A stretch of 64,000 nucleotides of DNA, taken from positions 1-64,000 of the IMG/VR virus record IMGVR_UViG_3300034410_000589; one strand, 5' to 3'. The translations under genes were made by a program, and so were the position numbers. The stretch is from a virus (taxonomy: Duplodnaviria > Caudoviricetes). The notes beneath the pieces are model-generated. The model was given only the letters and a program-made list of their open reading frames with translations. It ran no database searches and had not been told where the DNA came from. Shown piece after piece: positions 63,228-64,000 of the stretch (position 1 is the stretch's first letter; every line of letters starts with the position of its first letter).

Positions 63228-64000
63228 TTATTTGCCGACTACAGATTTCTTGTTGTCAGCTGCTTCTGGCTTCCCTTTTTTCTCTGCACCGTGACCTGGT
63301 TCTGATTTACCAGCTTTAGACGCTTTACCGCCTGGTACATTGATGTTTCCGCCGTCTTGGTCTTTTGCGTTCAGATCGCCTAGACCAGCATGGTCACCAC
63401 TTCCTGCTTCTCCGCCTTTAGCGATGTTAGCTGAAGTACCACCCATGTTATTTGCACTTGCTACTGGTGACTTTCCGCTGTCGCCATTGTCGCCTGTGCT
63501 TTTCTTTTCTGCGCCGTGTCCGCTTGCTACTTTGTCAACGTACTCACGCATTTGTTCTCTGTCTGATTTTGGTGTTGCTGCTTCGTCAACTTCTTCTTCT
63601 GAAGCTTCGTCAACTTCTTCATCAGTAGCTTCATCAACTTCTTCGTCTGATGCTTCGTCTACTTCTTCGTCAGTTGCTTCAAATGCAAACGCTTCTTCTT
63701 CAGGTGCTTCTTCACCTTCTTCGTCATCGCCTTCGCCTTCTTCGTCACCCATCATTTTTTCAAATTCTGCTTTTAGGTCATCAAGTGCATCTTCTAGATC
63801 AACAACACGGTCTTCAAGCTCTTCTTCGCCTTCTTCACCTTCTTCGTCGTCACCTTTTTCAATGTCACCTAACATGTCGTCTACTGGATCTCCGCCCATT
63901 TCAGGCTCACCTTCGACTTCAAATTCGTCTAGATCAAAGTTTTCGTCTACTTCTTCGTCACTTGACTCATCAACTTCTTCATCACTTGACTCATCTACTT
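63228..64000 (-). CDS. Very acidic repeat protein, probable prohead core component (5' end beyond window)
   Basis: Frame stays open from 63899 to the window end (EVDESSDEEVDESSDEEVDENFD...); D/E-rich; directly upstream of gp21. Confidence 0.65.
   Translation of the reverse strand, partial: VDESSDEEVDESSDEEVDENFDLDEFEVEGEPEMGGDPVDDMLGDIEKGDDEEGEEGEEELEDRVVDLEDALDDLKAEFEKMMGDEEGEGDDEEGEEAPEEEAFAFEATDEEVDEASDEEVDEATDEEVDEASEEEVDEAATPKSDREQMREYVDKVASGHGAEKKSTGDNGDSGKSPVASANNMGGTSANIAKGGEAGSGDHAGLGDLNAKDQDGGNINVPGGKASKAGKSEPGHGAEKKGKPEAADNKKSVVGK
63579..63677. repeat. 21-nt coding tandem repeat (DEEVDEA[ST]) x4; second tract at about 63944-64000
   Basis: gcttc[ag]tc[at]acttcttc units every 21 nt. 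Confidence 0.85.

Noticed and set aside
63579-64000. 21-nt tandem repeats as CRISPR or origin iterons
   Set aside because: No spacers; variation falls at synonymous or conservative codon positions of an acidic protein
1-64000. Stop-codon reassignment, as seen in some large phages
   Set aside because: Standard code yields full-length conserved proteins tiling the window; TAA dominates but TGA (12981, 13600) and TAG (8190) appear to be used as stops

Overview
AT-rich, gene-dense 64 kb segment of the virion morphogenesis region of a large T4-superfamily myovirus. It is probably a jumbo phage: the layout, with a dNMP kinase between neck gp13 and a long sheath and gp14/gp15 divergent from gp13, is reminiscent of GAP32/RaK2/CBB-type phages (inference, no search run). 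The minus strand runs from an acidic core protein, prohead protease gp21, scaffold gp22 and major capsid gp23 through about 40 kb of fibre/adhesin genes. These include four giant 1800-2300 aa proteins, lectin, beta-propeller and cupredoxin-like modules, an FG-GAP propeller and a subtilisin. Inside this array is a hairpin-bounded 5.9 kb cassette of tailoring enzymes: a U32-type Fe-S domain fused to a methyltransferase, a flavin-dependent halogenase, a 2OG-Fe(II) oxygenase and two DUF6065-like paralogues. Further left are neck gp13/gp14/gp15, NUDIX, cupin, dNMP kinase, HNH, sheath gp18, tube gp19, a tube initiator, gp4 and a probable small terminase. A late-promoter motif of the NATAAATA type occurs about 16 times. 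Four copies sit exactly 5 nt before an ATG (likely leaderless mRNAs), and some sit in hairpin loops or precede long structured 5' leaders. No tRNA, CRISPR array, reverse transcriptase, integrase or clear intron was seen. All protein calls come from motif recognition, not database searches.
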